From: Selaginella moellendorffii
Taxonomy: Eukaryota > Plantae > Lycopodiophyta
Assembly (NCBI RefSeq): GCF_000143415.4
Contig: NW_003314265.1
Coordinates: 1,384,446 to 1,448,445, forward strand
Direction: 5' to 3'
Length of the DNA stretch: 64,000 bases
Shown piece after piece: positions 12,410-23,229 of this stretch (position 1 is the first letter of the stretch; each line of letters opens with the position of its first letter). The notes beneath the pieces are model-generated. The model was not told the origin of the DNA, did not search any database, and saw only the letters and a list, made by a program, of their open reading frames with translations. Both the position numbers and the translations under genes were made by a program.

Positions 12410-14752
12410 ATGATCCGCAGGAGCAGCGGCAAGAAATGTATCCAATTTGTGCGATCGTCAGCTATCGGCACCGAGGAGGGCAAGAAGAAGGCGATCTTGA
12501 AGGAATGCCTGGGGTACCAGAGCACGATCCAAAATCTCGGCCAGGTGAGGGACGCTCTGGGGAGCATCAATGCGCAGGCGCGGCCGGATCCAGAGCTCTA
12601 CTTCCACCTCCTCCAGGTGTGTTCCTGCGAGAGATCCCTGGCTCTGGGGATCCAAGTCCACGAGAACCTCGCCATGGCCGGGATCGACGACAACGTCTTC
12701 GTCCACAACAATCTCATCAAAATGTATGGCAAATGCGGCAGCCCCGCGCGCGCCTATGCCGTGTTCCAGGCGATGCGATCCACGACCGTGGTGTCGTGGA
12801 CGTCGATGATCACGGCCTTCTCGCAGAACGGTGAGCTCTGGAAGGCGTTTGAGATCTACCAGAGGATGCTGCTCGCGGGGATTGCTCCAAACAGGGTCAC
12901 CTTCTTCACGGCCATCGATGTTTGCGCTCGCGGGCCTCTTGCTCGAGAGGCCTATCTCCTTTCCAGAAACGTTGGAGAGACCGAGCACTGCAAGGACTCC
13001 ACCGTCGGGACCGCGCTCGTCAACATGTTTGGCAAATGCGGAGACGTGGATGCCGCGCGAGAGACCTTCGATGTAGTCCGCCAGAAGACGGTGATAAGCT
13101 GGACAGCGTTGATCACTGCCTACGCCAACCATGGGTTCTACGATCAAGCTCTGGAGAACTTCCAGAAGATGGAGCTCAAGCTGGTGGCTCCGAACGAGGT
13201 GACTTTCGTGGCGGTGCTCAATGCCTGTGCCGACTCGGGTGATCTAGAACAAGGGAGGATCATCCACGAGAAGGCTGCCGCTGGCGGATTGATCTCCAAC
13301 GTTCTAGTCGGGACAGCTCTCGTCAACTTGTACAGCAAGTGTGGCTGCCTGGCCGAGGCGAGGAAGGCTTTCCGGATGATCCTGGACAAGGACGTGGTGT
13401 CTTACAACGCGATCATCGCAGCGTCCGCGGAGCTCGGTAGCTATGGAGACACGCTCAAGCTCTTCTACAAGATGCTGCTGGAAGGGAAAAGGCCGACGAA
13501 AGCTACGTTTGTGAGCTTGCTCAATGCGTGCTCCGGTCCAGCAGCTCTTCGGACGGGCCGGATGATTCACGAGTACGTTCGCTGCGACCCGGATCTCGTG
13601 GTCCGGACTGCGCTGATCAACATGTATGGCAAATGCGGGGCTCTGGAAGACTCGGAGCGTGTTTTCTACAACATGAGCTCGCGAAATCTCGTCTCCTGGA
13701 ACACCATGTTTGGAGTTTATGCCGACGCCAAGTGCTCCTCGCAAGCTTTCCGGCTCTACCAGCGGATTCAACTGGAAGGTGTCAAGCCGGACGGGATAAC
13801 TTTCATGTCCCTGCTGAACTCGTTCGCCAGCGAAGAAGCTCTCGAAGCTGGGAAGGTAGTCCACGCTCACGCTGCCGAGGCTGGGCTGGAGGACGACGTC
13901 TGCGTGGCCAACTCTCTTCTCGACATGTATGGGAAGTGCGGTAGCCTCGGGGACACCCGTCTCCTGTTCGAGAAAATGGAGCTTCGAAACTTCATATCGT
14001 GGACGTCAATGATCACGGCCTGCTTCAAGCAAGGGAAAGACAGGGAAGCACTGCACGTATACCACCGGATGCTCCTGGAAGCCGTGGTTCCTGACAGGCT
14101 CACGTTTGCGACGGTTCTTAACGCATGCGCAAGCTTGCCGTCGCTGAAAGATGGCAAGGCTGTCCATGGCTGCGTGAGAGAGAGGGGCCTGGCGATAGAG
14201 CTCTCTCTGGGAACGGCGCTCGTGAGCATGTATGGGAAGGGTGGTAGCCTCATGGAAGCTCAGGCTGCTTTTGAGCTGATGGCCGAGAGAGACACAGCGG
14301 CATGGAACTCGATGCTTGCGGCTTATGCTCAGCACGGCAAGGCCAGGGGAACGATCCTCGCATTTCGGAGGATGCAACAGGAGGACGTAAAGCCGGACGC
14401 AATCACTTACGTGATTGTCCTCTCGGCCTGCCGGCACGCCGGCCTGCTGGAGGAAGCGCTCGAGTGCTTCACTTCCATGACCAGAGAGCACGGCCTGCTG
14501 CCGACGAGCGAGCACTATGGCAGCCTGATTGATCTGGTAGGACGCACCGGACGCTTGGAGGAGGCCGAGAAGTTTGCGGGGCACTTGAAGCAGCCGTCGA
14601 ATCCCATGGTTTTGACGTCGCTGCTGGATGCTTGCAGGGTCCACGGCGATGTGGAGCGAGCAACACGGGCGGCACGGACATGTATCGGCCTCGTACCGGA
14701 GGAGCCTCCAACTTACGTGACGCTTTCAAGCATTTACTCAGGTACTCGTTAA
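12410..14752 (+). CDS. PLS-class PPR protein with P-L-S triplets and E domain, no DYW
   Basis: 780-aa intronless ORF; repeated ALVNMYGKCG / VSWTxMIxA / PxxVTFxxVLxAC; HYGSLIDLVGRTG, YVTLSSIY. Confidence 0.93.
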   Translation: MIRRSSGKKCIQFVRSSAIGTEEGKKKAILKECLGYQSTIQNLGQVRDALGSINAQARPDPELYFHLLQVCSCERSLALGIQVHENLAMAGIDDNVFVHNNLIKMYGKCGSPARAYAVFQAMRSTTVVSWTSMITAFSQNGELWKAFEIYQRMLLAGIAPNRVTFFTAIDVCARGPLAREAYLLSRNVGETEHCKDSTVGTALVNMFGKCGDVDAARETFDVVRQKTVISWTALITAYANHGFYDQALENFQKMELKLVAPNEVTFVAVLNACADSGDLEQGRIIHEKAAAGGLISNVLVGTALVNLYSKCGCLAEARKAFRMILDKDVVSYNAIIAASAELGSYGDTLKLFYKMLLEGKRPTKATFVSLLNACSGPAALRTGRMIHEYVRCDPDLVVRTALINMYGKCGALEDSERVFYNMSSRNLVSWNTMFGVYADAKCSSQAFRLYQRIQLEGVKPDGITFMSLLNSFASEEALEAGKVVHAHAAEAGLEDDVCVANSLLDMYGKCGSLGDTRLLFEKMELRNFISWTSMITACFKQGKDREALHVYHRMLLEAVVPDRLTFATVLNACASLPSLKDGKAVHGCVRERGLAIELSLGTALVSMYGKGGSLMEAQAAFELMAERDTAAWNSMLAAYAQHGKARGTILAFRRMQQEDVKPDAITYVIVLSACRHAGLLEEALECFTSMTREHGLLPTSEHYGSLIDLVGRTGRLEEAEKFAGHLKQPSNPMVLTSLLDACRVHGDVERATRAARTCIGLVPEEPPTYVTLSSIYSGTR

Positions 14753-14839
14753 GTTCTCTCACCTTCGTTTCTTCTATAGACTGGGCAGTATGATCACCGT
14801 GGTGGTGGTTTCAGTGGGAGTCTATGAATCAAGCGACTG

Positions 14840-15460
14840 CTCACTTCGTCCCCCTGAAAGGCATACTCAAAGGTGCGCTTCCAAGATGATCTCATAATTC
14901 TCAAGCTTCATCACCCAGGCAAACCTTGGATAGTTAAACTCGCAATACTTCCCGCTCGTCTCGTGCTCCCACCGAAACGAACCAATGCCCCAGCACCACA
15001 CCACTGCTTTAGCACTCGTCATTTTGCTGCCAAGCCTATAGTCCGGGATGTCAAACTTATCTTTGGCCTTTTTATGTGGAGCTCGGCTTTGACGCTGTAG
15101 CCCTGGACGAGCGGGGCGACGAGGTTGCCCAGTTGATACACGTCCAGATTGCAGGACAGCGGGGGTTTAGCGGCTTTGATTCCTTCGGAAGGGCTCGAGG
15201 ATCAGCAAGCGGCCTGTGAGGGAAGAATCAATCGAGGAAAAGCATTTGACTAAAGGAGATACCTTGAGGAAAGTAACGCTCAATCTCGCTCTTGCTCTCT
15301 CATTTCTTTTGTGGCTTTAGCACGATCAGCTCGTATCAGGAGTTGATTGGACGAGATTGAGAGGCCATGGGCAGCGTACCAGTCGAGGCGCACAGGAACG
15401 TCCTGCTGAGCTCGCCAACTTTCTTGACGAGCTCCTTGGCCTTGGGTCATTGGGACAGTT
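14840..15460 (-). pseudogene. Internally deleted third copy of the 2OG-oxygenase-like family
   Basis: Near-identical blocks to 15841-17207 (caggaacgtcctgctgagctcgccaactttcttgacgagc; gaggttgcccagttgatacacgtccagat; aggcatactcaaaggtgc) joined across large deletions. Confidence 0.88.
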
Positions 15461-15840
15461 TAAGCTTTAGTGACTGTCCATGAATGCACTTATAACGATG
15501 ACAGCAAGCTTTGAATCCCATGGATCAACCAAAGATCGCTGACAAGTTTCGATGTTCTTTTTTTCTTGGTTTTTTCTTATCCACTGCTGATAGGAGTGCT
15601 GCTCGGAGGTAAGGCATGCTTGCGGCTTGCTAAGCACGGCATGGCCAAACTGTGGGAGACTGATTGATCTGGCAGCAGCCGTCAGCAGACTGATGGCCTT
15701 GAATGGATGCTTGAACACGGGGGATTGGAGAGGACTCGTTTGTTCTAGTTTGGTGGTGGTGGTCATTTCTATTCAAAAGATGGGAGTCTATTACTAATAT
15801 TGCCTATTGCAGTCCATAAATTTCTCCAGTGGCTCCCTCG

Positions 15841-17207
15841 TCACTCGTCGTCCTCGTCCTCTTTGCTCTCGTCCCCTTCGCCCTCGTCCTCCCCGCTCTC
15901 ATCCTCGTCCTCTTTGCTCTCGTTCCCTTCGCCCTCGTCCTCCCCGCTCTCGTCCTCGTCCTCGTCCTCTTTGACATTGTCCCCGTGGAAGGCATACTCA
16001 AAGGTGCACTCTTCCTCCCATACATCAGAGTCATCCAAGATGATCCCATAGTGCTGAAGCCGATCATCGTCATCACCCGGGTTTGCTCGCCTCTTGTCCA
16101 GGCAAGGCACCACCACCATCACTGCGGCAGCCTTGGCATAATTATACTCATTGTAATACTTCCCTCCCGTCTCGTGCTCCCAACGAAACGAACTCAAGCC
16201 CCGGCACCACACCACCGCTTTAGCACTGCTCAATCCCGGTTCAGTGCAGTCTAAGCTATAGTTCGGAATGTCATCCTTCTCCCCCAGTAACATTTCGGGG
16301 TCACCAGCATCCCGGCTAAACACCAACACCTTCTTGGCACCCATGCCAGCCGCCTTCGCTATCTGCACGATCATATCGTCCCAGTTCTCGTCCCCGGTGC
16401 CTGGGATTCCCAGGATGCAGCCAGCGACGGGACAAAACTTGTCGTCCTCATAAATCTCCCGGAGGACCCAGTAGAGGGGCGAAGACTTTGGATCGCCCAG
16501 CAGCTTCTTGGGATCCTCACGCTTGCGTTTCGCCGTAGCGCGTTCGAGGCGGTGGAGATTGTACCAGAGCGTGAGCTGCTGCCCGGACTCAATCGCGCCG
16601 ACGTCGACACCGTGCGGCCGCAGACACGCCACCCAGGTAAGCTCTGATGATCCACTTGTTCTAACGGGGAACTTGAGCTCCCCGGATTTTCCAGAGGCCG
16701 GGCGGACGAGTACGTCGCCGCCGGTGTGTGGCAGCGGAAGAACCAGCACTAGAGTTCCGACGCAAGTGGAGGAGCTGGCTTCGCCACCACGGACAAGCTC
16801 AAACTTGTCTTTGGCCTTTTTAAGGCTGAGCTTGTGGAGCTCAGCTTTGACACTGTAGCCATGGACGAGTGGGGCGGCGAGGTTGCCCAGTTGATACACG
16901 TCCAGATCGCAGATAAGCGGAGACTTTGCTGCTTTGATTCCCTCCACGGCCGCGGGGGAGGGGCTTGTTGACCCATCGAAAGTCAGCAACGCGGGAGAGC
17001 CATCGGCCTGCAAATGATCGATTTACAATGAAAAAGCAAGGAGAAAGGAGATACCTTGACAAACGTGATTGAGAGGCCATCCTTGGGAAGCGCCAGCGTA
17101 CCGCTGGAGGAGCACAGGAACGTCCTGCTGAGCTCGCCAACTTTCTTGACGAGCTGCTTAGCCTTGGCGGTTTTTGGGACACAATCCTCCGCCCACGAGA
17201 ACTCCAT
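15841..17207 (-). CDS. Degenerate 2OG-Fe(II) oxygenase-fold protein with acidic tail, paralog 2 (exons 17207-17055, 17007-15841)
   Basis: Open two-exon frame with GT-AG intron; VKAELHKL..GTLVLVLPLPHTGGDVLVR..WVA..ESGQQLTLWYNL pattern; fold assignment is inference. Confidence 0.72.
15851..15970. repeat. 51-bp tandem repeat encoding the acidic tail (EDEDESGEDEGEG(N/D)ESK x2)
   Basis: tcctcgtcctctttgctctcgt(c/t)cccttcgccctcgtcctccccgctctc repeated. Confidence 0.9.
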
Positions 17208-17274
17208 TGCCAACTTTGGCCCTAGGTGTTGTTATTTATGCTCTTATTTGGATTTAGGGATCATGGAGCTATGG

Positions 17275-17415
17275 AACAACGGTTTTTAAGAACAACGGTC
17301 TTACAAGAGGGTCCAAGGAGTGAAGGGCAACGGCTGTGCAAACTACATGAAAACAACAGTCCAAAAACACATTGGAAAGCAACGTGATCACTGTGATCAC
17401 AAGAAAACAACGGTT
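17275..17415. promoter_or_regulatory. Cluster of four CAACGG (MSA-like, MYB3R) cores upstream of paralog 2
   Basis: AACGG at 17278, 17294, 17329, 17409 plus variants CAACAG and CAACGT. Confidence 0.45.
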
Positions 17416-17802
17416 CGACAGAGCTTCATGTTATCAGGTTCGCGTTTTCTTTAGTTCTCTCCAGCTCTTTTTTCTTGTGTCACAGCCGCATCGATGAGAA
17501 ATGTTTGTGCTGCTGACAGCGATGATAAGAAGCTTCACCGATCAACATGAAAAGACACTAAAAGTCGACTCTACAGGAACGAACGAGAACGAGAAAGAAA
17601 ATCGAGCTCTTGTTCTCTTCAGTTGTCTCTACCCGTTTTGTTCTAATACGAAGAAACGCAGAGAATTATCAGTGTAGAGCTGGGTACTGTTGAGGATTTG
17701 CAAGGTGGAAATAAAAGCTCATTTGATATTTTGCTGCAAAGATTTCAAAGGTTTGTCTCCCTCTCCTTTAAACTTCTTCCGTTGCAATTCACTTCCTCTT
17801 CG

Positions 17803-19019
17803 TCACTCCTCCTCTTTCTCTTCGTCGCAAAAGAAAAAATCGCACTCTTCGTCTTCTCCATCATCAGATGCCTCCAAGATGATCTGATAGTCCACAAGCG
17901 GACCATCGTCATCACCCGGGTTTGCCCGCCTCCTGTCCAGGCAAGGCACCACCACCATTACCGCGTCAGCCTTGACATAATCATACTGATCGCCATACAT
18001 CGCTCCCATATCGCTCTCCCAATGAAACGAACCCATGCCCCGGCACCACACCACCGCTTTAGCACTCTTCAATCCCACACCAGTCTCGCTGCGAAGACTA
18101 ATGTTAGTGTCACCAGCAGACCGGCTAAACACCACCACCTTCTTCGCACCCATGCCTGCCGCCTTCGCCATCTCCACGATCATATCGTCCCACTGCTTAT
18201 CTCCGGTCCCAGGGATTCCCAGGATGCAGCCAGCGACGGGGCAAAACTCGTCGTTCTCGTAAATCTCCCGGAGGACCCAGTAGAGAGGCGAAGACTTTGG
18301 ATCACCAAGCAGCCTCTTGGGATCATCACGCTTGCGTTTCCCCGTCGCGCGCCCAAAGCGGTAGAGGTTGTACCAGAGCGCGAGCTGCTGCCCGGACTCG
18401 ATCTCGCCCACGTCGACACTGTGCGGCCGGAGGCACGCCACCCAGGTAAGCTCTGATGCTCCACTTGATGTCACGGGGAACTTGAGCTCGCCAGATTTTC
18501 CAGAGGCCGGGTGGACGAGCACGTCGCCGCCGGTGTGTGGCAGCGGAAGAACCAGCACTAGAGTTCCCATGGAGGAGTTGGCTTCGCCACCGCGGACAAG
18601 CTCAAACTTGTCCTTGGTCTCCCGGAGGCAGAGCTTGTGGAACTCGGCTTTGACGTTGTAGCCCTGGACGAGCGAGGCAGCGAGGTTGCCGAGTTGATAC
18701 ACGTCCAGATCGCAGGCAAGCGGAGGCTTTGCGGCTTTGATTCCCTCCACGGCCGCGGGGGAGGGGCTCGTCGATCCATCGAAAGCCAGCAACGTCGGAG
18801 AGCCATCCGCCTGTGAAGGAAGAGGAACAATCGACTCCAAAAGCAAGAAGGACATACCTTGAGAAACCAGATCGAGAGGCCATCCTTGGGAAGAGGCAGC
18901 GTACCGCTGCCGGCGCACAGGAACGTCCTGCTAAGCTCGCCAACTTTCTTGACGAGCTCCTCGGCCTTGGCGGTCTCTGGGACGCAATCCTCCCACCACG
19001 AGAACTTTGGTTCTAACAT
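17803..19019 (-). CDS. Degenerate 2OG-Fe(II) oxygenase-fold protein, paralog 1 (exons 19019-18858, 18810-17803)
   Basis: Open two-exon frame, same intron position and high identity to paralog 2. Confidence 0.72.
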
Positions 19020-19090
19020 CTTTGCCCTAAAAAGAGTTACACTTGAAAGCTTTAAATAGTTTTAGCTTTAGGGTTCTTTGGCGTCACGCC

Positions 19091-20413
19091 ATGGCGGGCA
19101 ATGCGGGCATGGAGGTTCACGCCCTCGGCTGCTGCTCCTTCCGGATTCCCGTCTCCCCCGTCGCCAATATCCACTCGGCAGCTCCAAGCATCAGGCGAGG
19201 CGCCCGATTCGCGTGTGGCAGCAGCCTGCGGGATAGATTGCTGCTCAGTAACACTCCAGGGGGGCGCGACGCCTTCTATCAGCCCTTCCGCCCACCGCCG
19301 GGCGTGCTGGAATCGGTGGTGTCACCCGAGCAGCAGCTAGAGATCGTCCGGGAGCGGCGGGGGCAGTGGCACGACTATGGCAAGCACATCCCCGGACTGA
19401 TGCGCTCCGGCTACACGCCGGCGTCACTGGACGAGGCGACGGGGCTCACGGGCGTGGAGCAAAACCAGATTGTGGTGGCGTGCCAGGTGAGGGACACTCT
19501 CATCTCCACTGGGATGGACGCGAAATCGCTAGAGTTCTTCGATTTCGATGTCGGCGGCGCGGCCATTCTCTACGAGCTCCGGATCTTGTCCGCGCCCCAG
19601 CGGCGCGTGGCGGCGGAGTACGTGATCGAGAGGGCCATGGGCGACTCCAAGGCCGCCAGGGACGTGGCGAGGGCGCTCAAGGATTTCGAGCGGAGGAAGC
19701 GTGAGTTTGGGAGGGAGTTCTTCTCATCGGATCCGGGTGACTGCCTGGCCTTCTGGTGGTACCGCCAGAGCAAGGAGCTCAAGGATGGCGAGCGAGAGGA
19801 CGCGCTGAGGAAAGCTCTCGAGTTCGCCACCTCGAAGAGCGCCAGGAGTTTGCTGTCAAGCTCGCTGGGTGAGAAAGATCCCGTGGAGAAACAAGCACTC
19901 GCAGGCAAGGAGGAGAAGCCGGCCAAGATGGTGAGCGTGGTGAGGCTCGAGTATGGAGAGACCGCGGGGCTGGTGATGCTCCCGGTGGCGGACCCGGACG
20001 CGAGCTCGATCAAAGCCGCTCCTTCCGGCGGGGCTCTCGGCGAGGGAGCGTTTAGAATTCACAGGTCGAGCACGGCGTGGCGGGGCTGGGTGCCACTCCC
20101 CGGCTGGAAGCCGGTTCTAGCAGCGGTGTCCCCGATCACCATCTTGTTCCCGGACGCTCGAGAACTCCGGCTCCAGAGAAAGAAGAGCGATGATCCAAGC
20201 GAGGAGCTGCTGCTTCTCGTGGACAAGGGGACCGTGTCCGAGATCAAAGCCGGATCGATCTACTTAGTAGCGTCTGGAGGAGGAGGATTGTCGCTGGAAA
20301 GTGGCAAGGATCTTCACGAAGGCCTGGAAGTTCTCGGCGAAGTTCTTCTGGCATTGTCACCTCCGGGAGGATCTGACGAGCAAGAGGATGAAACCCAAAT
20401 GGATTGGGACTGA
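19091..20413 (+). CDS. RAF1: Rubisco accumulation factor 1, chloroplastic, intronless
   Basis: Transit peptide; YQPFRPPP, GYTPASLDEATGLTGVEQNQIVVACQVRDTL, LYELRILS, PGDCLAF, VVRLEYGE, WVPLPGW, acidic tail ending MDWD. Confidence 0.93.
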   Translation: MAGNAGMEVHALGCCSFRIPVSPVANIHSAAPSIRRGARFACGSSLRDRLLLSNTPGGRDAFYQPFRPPPGVLESVVSPEQQLEIVRERRGQWHDYGKHIPGLMRSGYTPASLDEATGLTGVEQNQIVVACQVRDTLISTGMDAKSLEFFDFDVGGAAILYELRILSAPQRRVAAEYVIERAMGDSKAARDVARALKDFERRKREFGREFFSSDPGDCLAFWWYRQSKELKDGEREDALRKALEFATSKSARSLLSSSLGEKDPVEKQALAGKEEKPAKMVSVVRLEYGETAGLVMLPVADPDASSIKAAPSGGALGEGAFRIHRSSTAWRGWVPLPGWKPVLAAVSPITILFPDARELRLQRKKSDDPSEELLLLVDKGTVSEIKAGSIYLVASGGGGLSLESGKDLHEGLEVLGEVLLALSPPGGSDEQEDETQMDWD

Positions 20414-20589
20414 GCGTTGACCTTGTAAGACCTCTTCGATCTGTATAATTGGCGGATAAAAACTTTTTCGTTGAATAGTTGACCACTAATATTTCAAACT
20501 AGGAACATTCGGCAAAATATTCTCTAGATAGTTAGCGCGTGATTTTTCCTTGCACTGTTCGTCTGTCTCTCATCTCTCGCTCACTCACT

Positions 20590-22016
20590 CTAGCTCAGTC
20601 CAACCAGTTTCTCGCTGATCTCCCACAGCTTCTTGGCCTTCTCGGGATCACTGGCTTCCTCGGACAGCGTGTTCTCGAACGATTGAGAGGTGTTGTTCCA
20701 GCTCCAGTAGACTCCGGACTTCTGGAGGCACGGATCTCTCACAACCTGGTAGCAGAGAGAAAGCTCTAAGATCGAGAAAGAAAAAGGAATGGTTTTTCGC
20801 AGTACCTGAGCTAATCTCTTGCCGGATTCCTCCTCGGACACGAACCCTTTGGTGATGTACTTCTGGAACGGCGGGAACAAGAGCCTGAAGAGCGAGATGT
20901 GCTCTCGAAAGAGCCCGGTCGTGGCAATGCAGCCGGGATAGAGCGACGCGAAGACGATGCCAGTGTCTTCGTGGTATCTGCGATGGAGCTCTTGCATGGT
21001 GAGCATATTACACACCTTGCTGTCCTTGTACGCCTTGGCACCGTCGAAGCCTTCGCCGTCGATCATGGGGGAGGACTGGACTCCGTTTAGCCCAGCTGCG
21101 AGGCCCCGGAGGTCTCCAAGGTTGGCTTTTGGAGGAACGTTGCCAGCCAGCGTGTTGGTGTTCCCTGCTCAAGAAAAACTCTCGTCACTCGATCCATCTT
21201 CGCGAGATTCTTCGTCTTCTTACCTGTGATGGAGCCGACGATGATCATCCGTCGAGAGGCATGATCCGACTTCTCCATGTCCTCCAGCAGCATCCGGCAC
21301 AGCAGGTAGTGGCCCAAGTGATTCGTCGCCACGCTCAGCTCGAATCCCTCGGCGCTGTAAGTCGGCTCCTTGGCAGTCGGGAAGTAGACCGCCGCATTGC
21401 AAACCAGGCAATCCAGCGACCTCCCGGAGCGCCGGAAGCTCTCCACAAACTGCTTGACACTGTCGAGCGAGGCGAGGTCGAGATGCATGACAGTGTAGTT
21501 CCCCTTTGGAATCCCGGCCGAGCGCGCGGCCTTCTCGGCCTTTAGAAAGTCCCGGCACGCCATGACGACGTGCCACTCGCCAGTCTCGGCTAGGACCTTG
21601 GCGGTGGCGAGGCCCAGCCCGGAAGAAGCCCCCGTAATTATCACCGTGGATTGCCTGGCCGTCTTCTTCGCCTCCTTTGGCCGGGCTGTCTCTACCGGCG
21701 CAGCCACAGCTCTGATGCCCGTGGAAGGAGCGCTGATTTGCCTCGCAGCGTGGAGACCCTGGAGAAATCGCACAGAATTCGGTGAATTCTCGACAAGAAC
21801 ACGAGATTTCTACCTGAATTGTCGGATTCCAGCGCACTTTGGCGCCGAGGAACGAAGAAGCGCCGGCATTGCTCGCGGATGTGGCGAGAACCTGAAATCC
21901 AGACACACATTTGTGATTCCCGAGCGGAATTACATCCCCAATGCGGGATGCTGCAAATGTACCTCTTTGTTGGCGGCGAGGCCGAGAGTGGCCGAGGACG
22001 ACGCCACTGCCGCCAT
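20590..22016 (-). CDS. POR: Light-dependent protochlorophyllide oxidoreductase, multi-exon
   Basis: [50 protein letters not shown] (YxxxK), [26 protein letters not shown]. Confidence 0.98.
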
Positions 22017-22069
22017 AGCCAGCTCCTCCGCAAGAACAAAAGATCTCTCTCGTCCTGTCTCCCGTCCTC

Positions 22070-22165
22070 TAGGTTATAAAATCTCAAATATTCTTATCCG
22101 CAAAAATCTCTGAGCGGGGCCATTCGATGCCCGCCACGTGTCATGGCCCATGTGGTTTATCCACT
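22070..22165 (-). promoter_or_regulatory. POR light/clock promoter: TATA-like (about 22074), I-box GATAAG (22093-22098), AAAAATCT (22102-22109), G-box GCCACGTG (22133-22140)
   Basis: Motifs read directly 60-125 bp upstream of the POR ATG. Confidence 0.6.
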
Positions 22166-22246
22166 AAAGCCCTGAGCACGGGGTTCAGGGTTTAGAGGTG
22201 TTGACAGGAATCGAACCCGGTAGGTAAACAGGGCAAAAAGTTAGGT

Positions 22247-22255
22247 TTAGGGTTT
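22247..22255. promoter_or_regulatory. Telo-box (TTAGGGTTT) upstream of RPL24
   Basis: Exact complement of AAACCCTAA about 50 bp before the ATG; typical of plant ribosomal protein genes. Confidence 0.7.
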
Positions 22256-22304
22256 CCTGCTAGGGTTCTTGCGCAGCCGGCGGAGGGGAGAGAGGAGGGC
22301 GGCG

Positions 22305-22793
22305 ATGGTGCTCAAGACGGAGGTATGCCGCTTCAGCGGTGCCAAGATCTACCCGGGTCGCGGCATTCGCTTCGTGCGAGCTGATTCGCAGGTGTTCCTC
22401 TTCGTGAACTCGAAGTGCAAGCGCTACTTCCACAACCGGCTCAAGCCCGTGAAGCTCACCTGGACGCAGCTCTACCGCAAGGCCAACAAGAAGGACGCCC
22501 AGGCCGAGGCGGTGAAGAGGAAGCGCCGGGCCAACACCAAGCCCTACTCGCGCTCCATCGTCGGCGCGTCGCTGGAGGTGATCCAGAAGAAGAGGGCCGA
22601 GAAGACGGAGGTGAGAGAAGCGGCACGCCAGGCGGCGCTCAAGGAGATCAAGGAGAGGATCAAGAAGACCAAGGACGAGAAGAAGGCGAAGAAGGCCGAG
22701 GTGCTGTCTAAGGCCACCAAGGTGAAAGCCCCCATCCAGCGGGGGCCTGTCTCCAAGGGGCCCAAGCTCGGCGGCGGTGGCGGCAAGCGCTGA
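22305..22793 (+). CDS. RPL24: 60S ribosomal protein L24 (eL24), intronless
   Basis: [63 protein letters not shown]. Confidence 0.98.
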   Translation: MVLKTEVCRFSGAKIYPGRGIRFVRADSQVFLFVNSKCKRYFHNRLKPVKLTWTQLYRKANKKDAQAEAVKRKRRANTKPYSRSIVGASLEVIQKKRAEKTEVREAARQAALKEIKERIKKTKDEKKAKKAEVLSKATKVKAPIQRGPVSKGPKLGGGGGKR

Positions 22794-23229
22794 TCTATGA
22801 GAGGATGGATCGATCGAGAGGGAGAGATCGCGAGTCTGGGATTTGTTCTCGGATCAATGCCAGTCTTTGTGGTTTTGTTTGCTTATTTGTGTTGGAAAAT
22901 ATTTTGGTAAGAATGGTGGTAAATTTTTCTCGCGAGTCGGATCGATTGCTTAGTGACGAGGGTGAACTTCCTACTACAGGGAAAATGCATTTGAAAGTGC
23001 TGTGCGAATGGGATCCCGGGGAGTCTGGAGTGGATTTCTTCATTTCTATTTGTCAGTAACTCTAAGCGTCTACGAGCGTCTTGAAGCTTGCGGAAAGAGC
23101 ATATTGAAACCATGCAACAAGCGAAGCTCGATTTCCCTGAAAGCTTTGAAGTATTCAGTGAATATGTTGGTCCCTCCCTTGCTTATTGTGACACATTCTA
23201 GGAGAAGTTAGGCTCTTTTGGAAAAGATG

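Noticed and set aside
15467-15766. 99-aa ORF between the 2OG-like copies
   Set aside because: No motifs, splice support or clear paralogy
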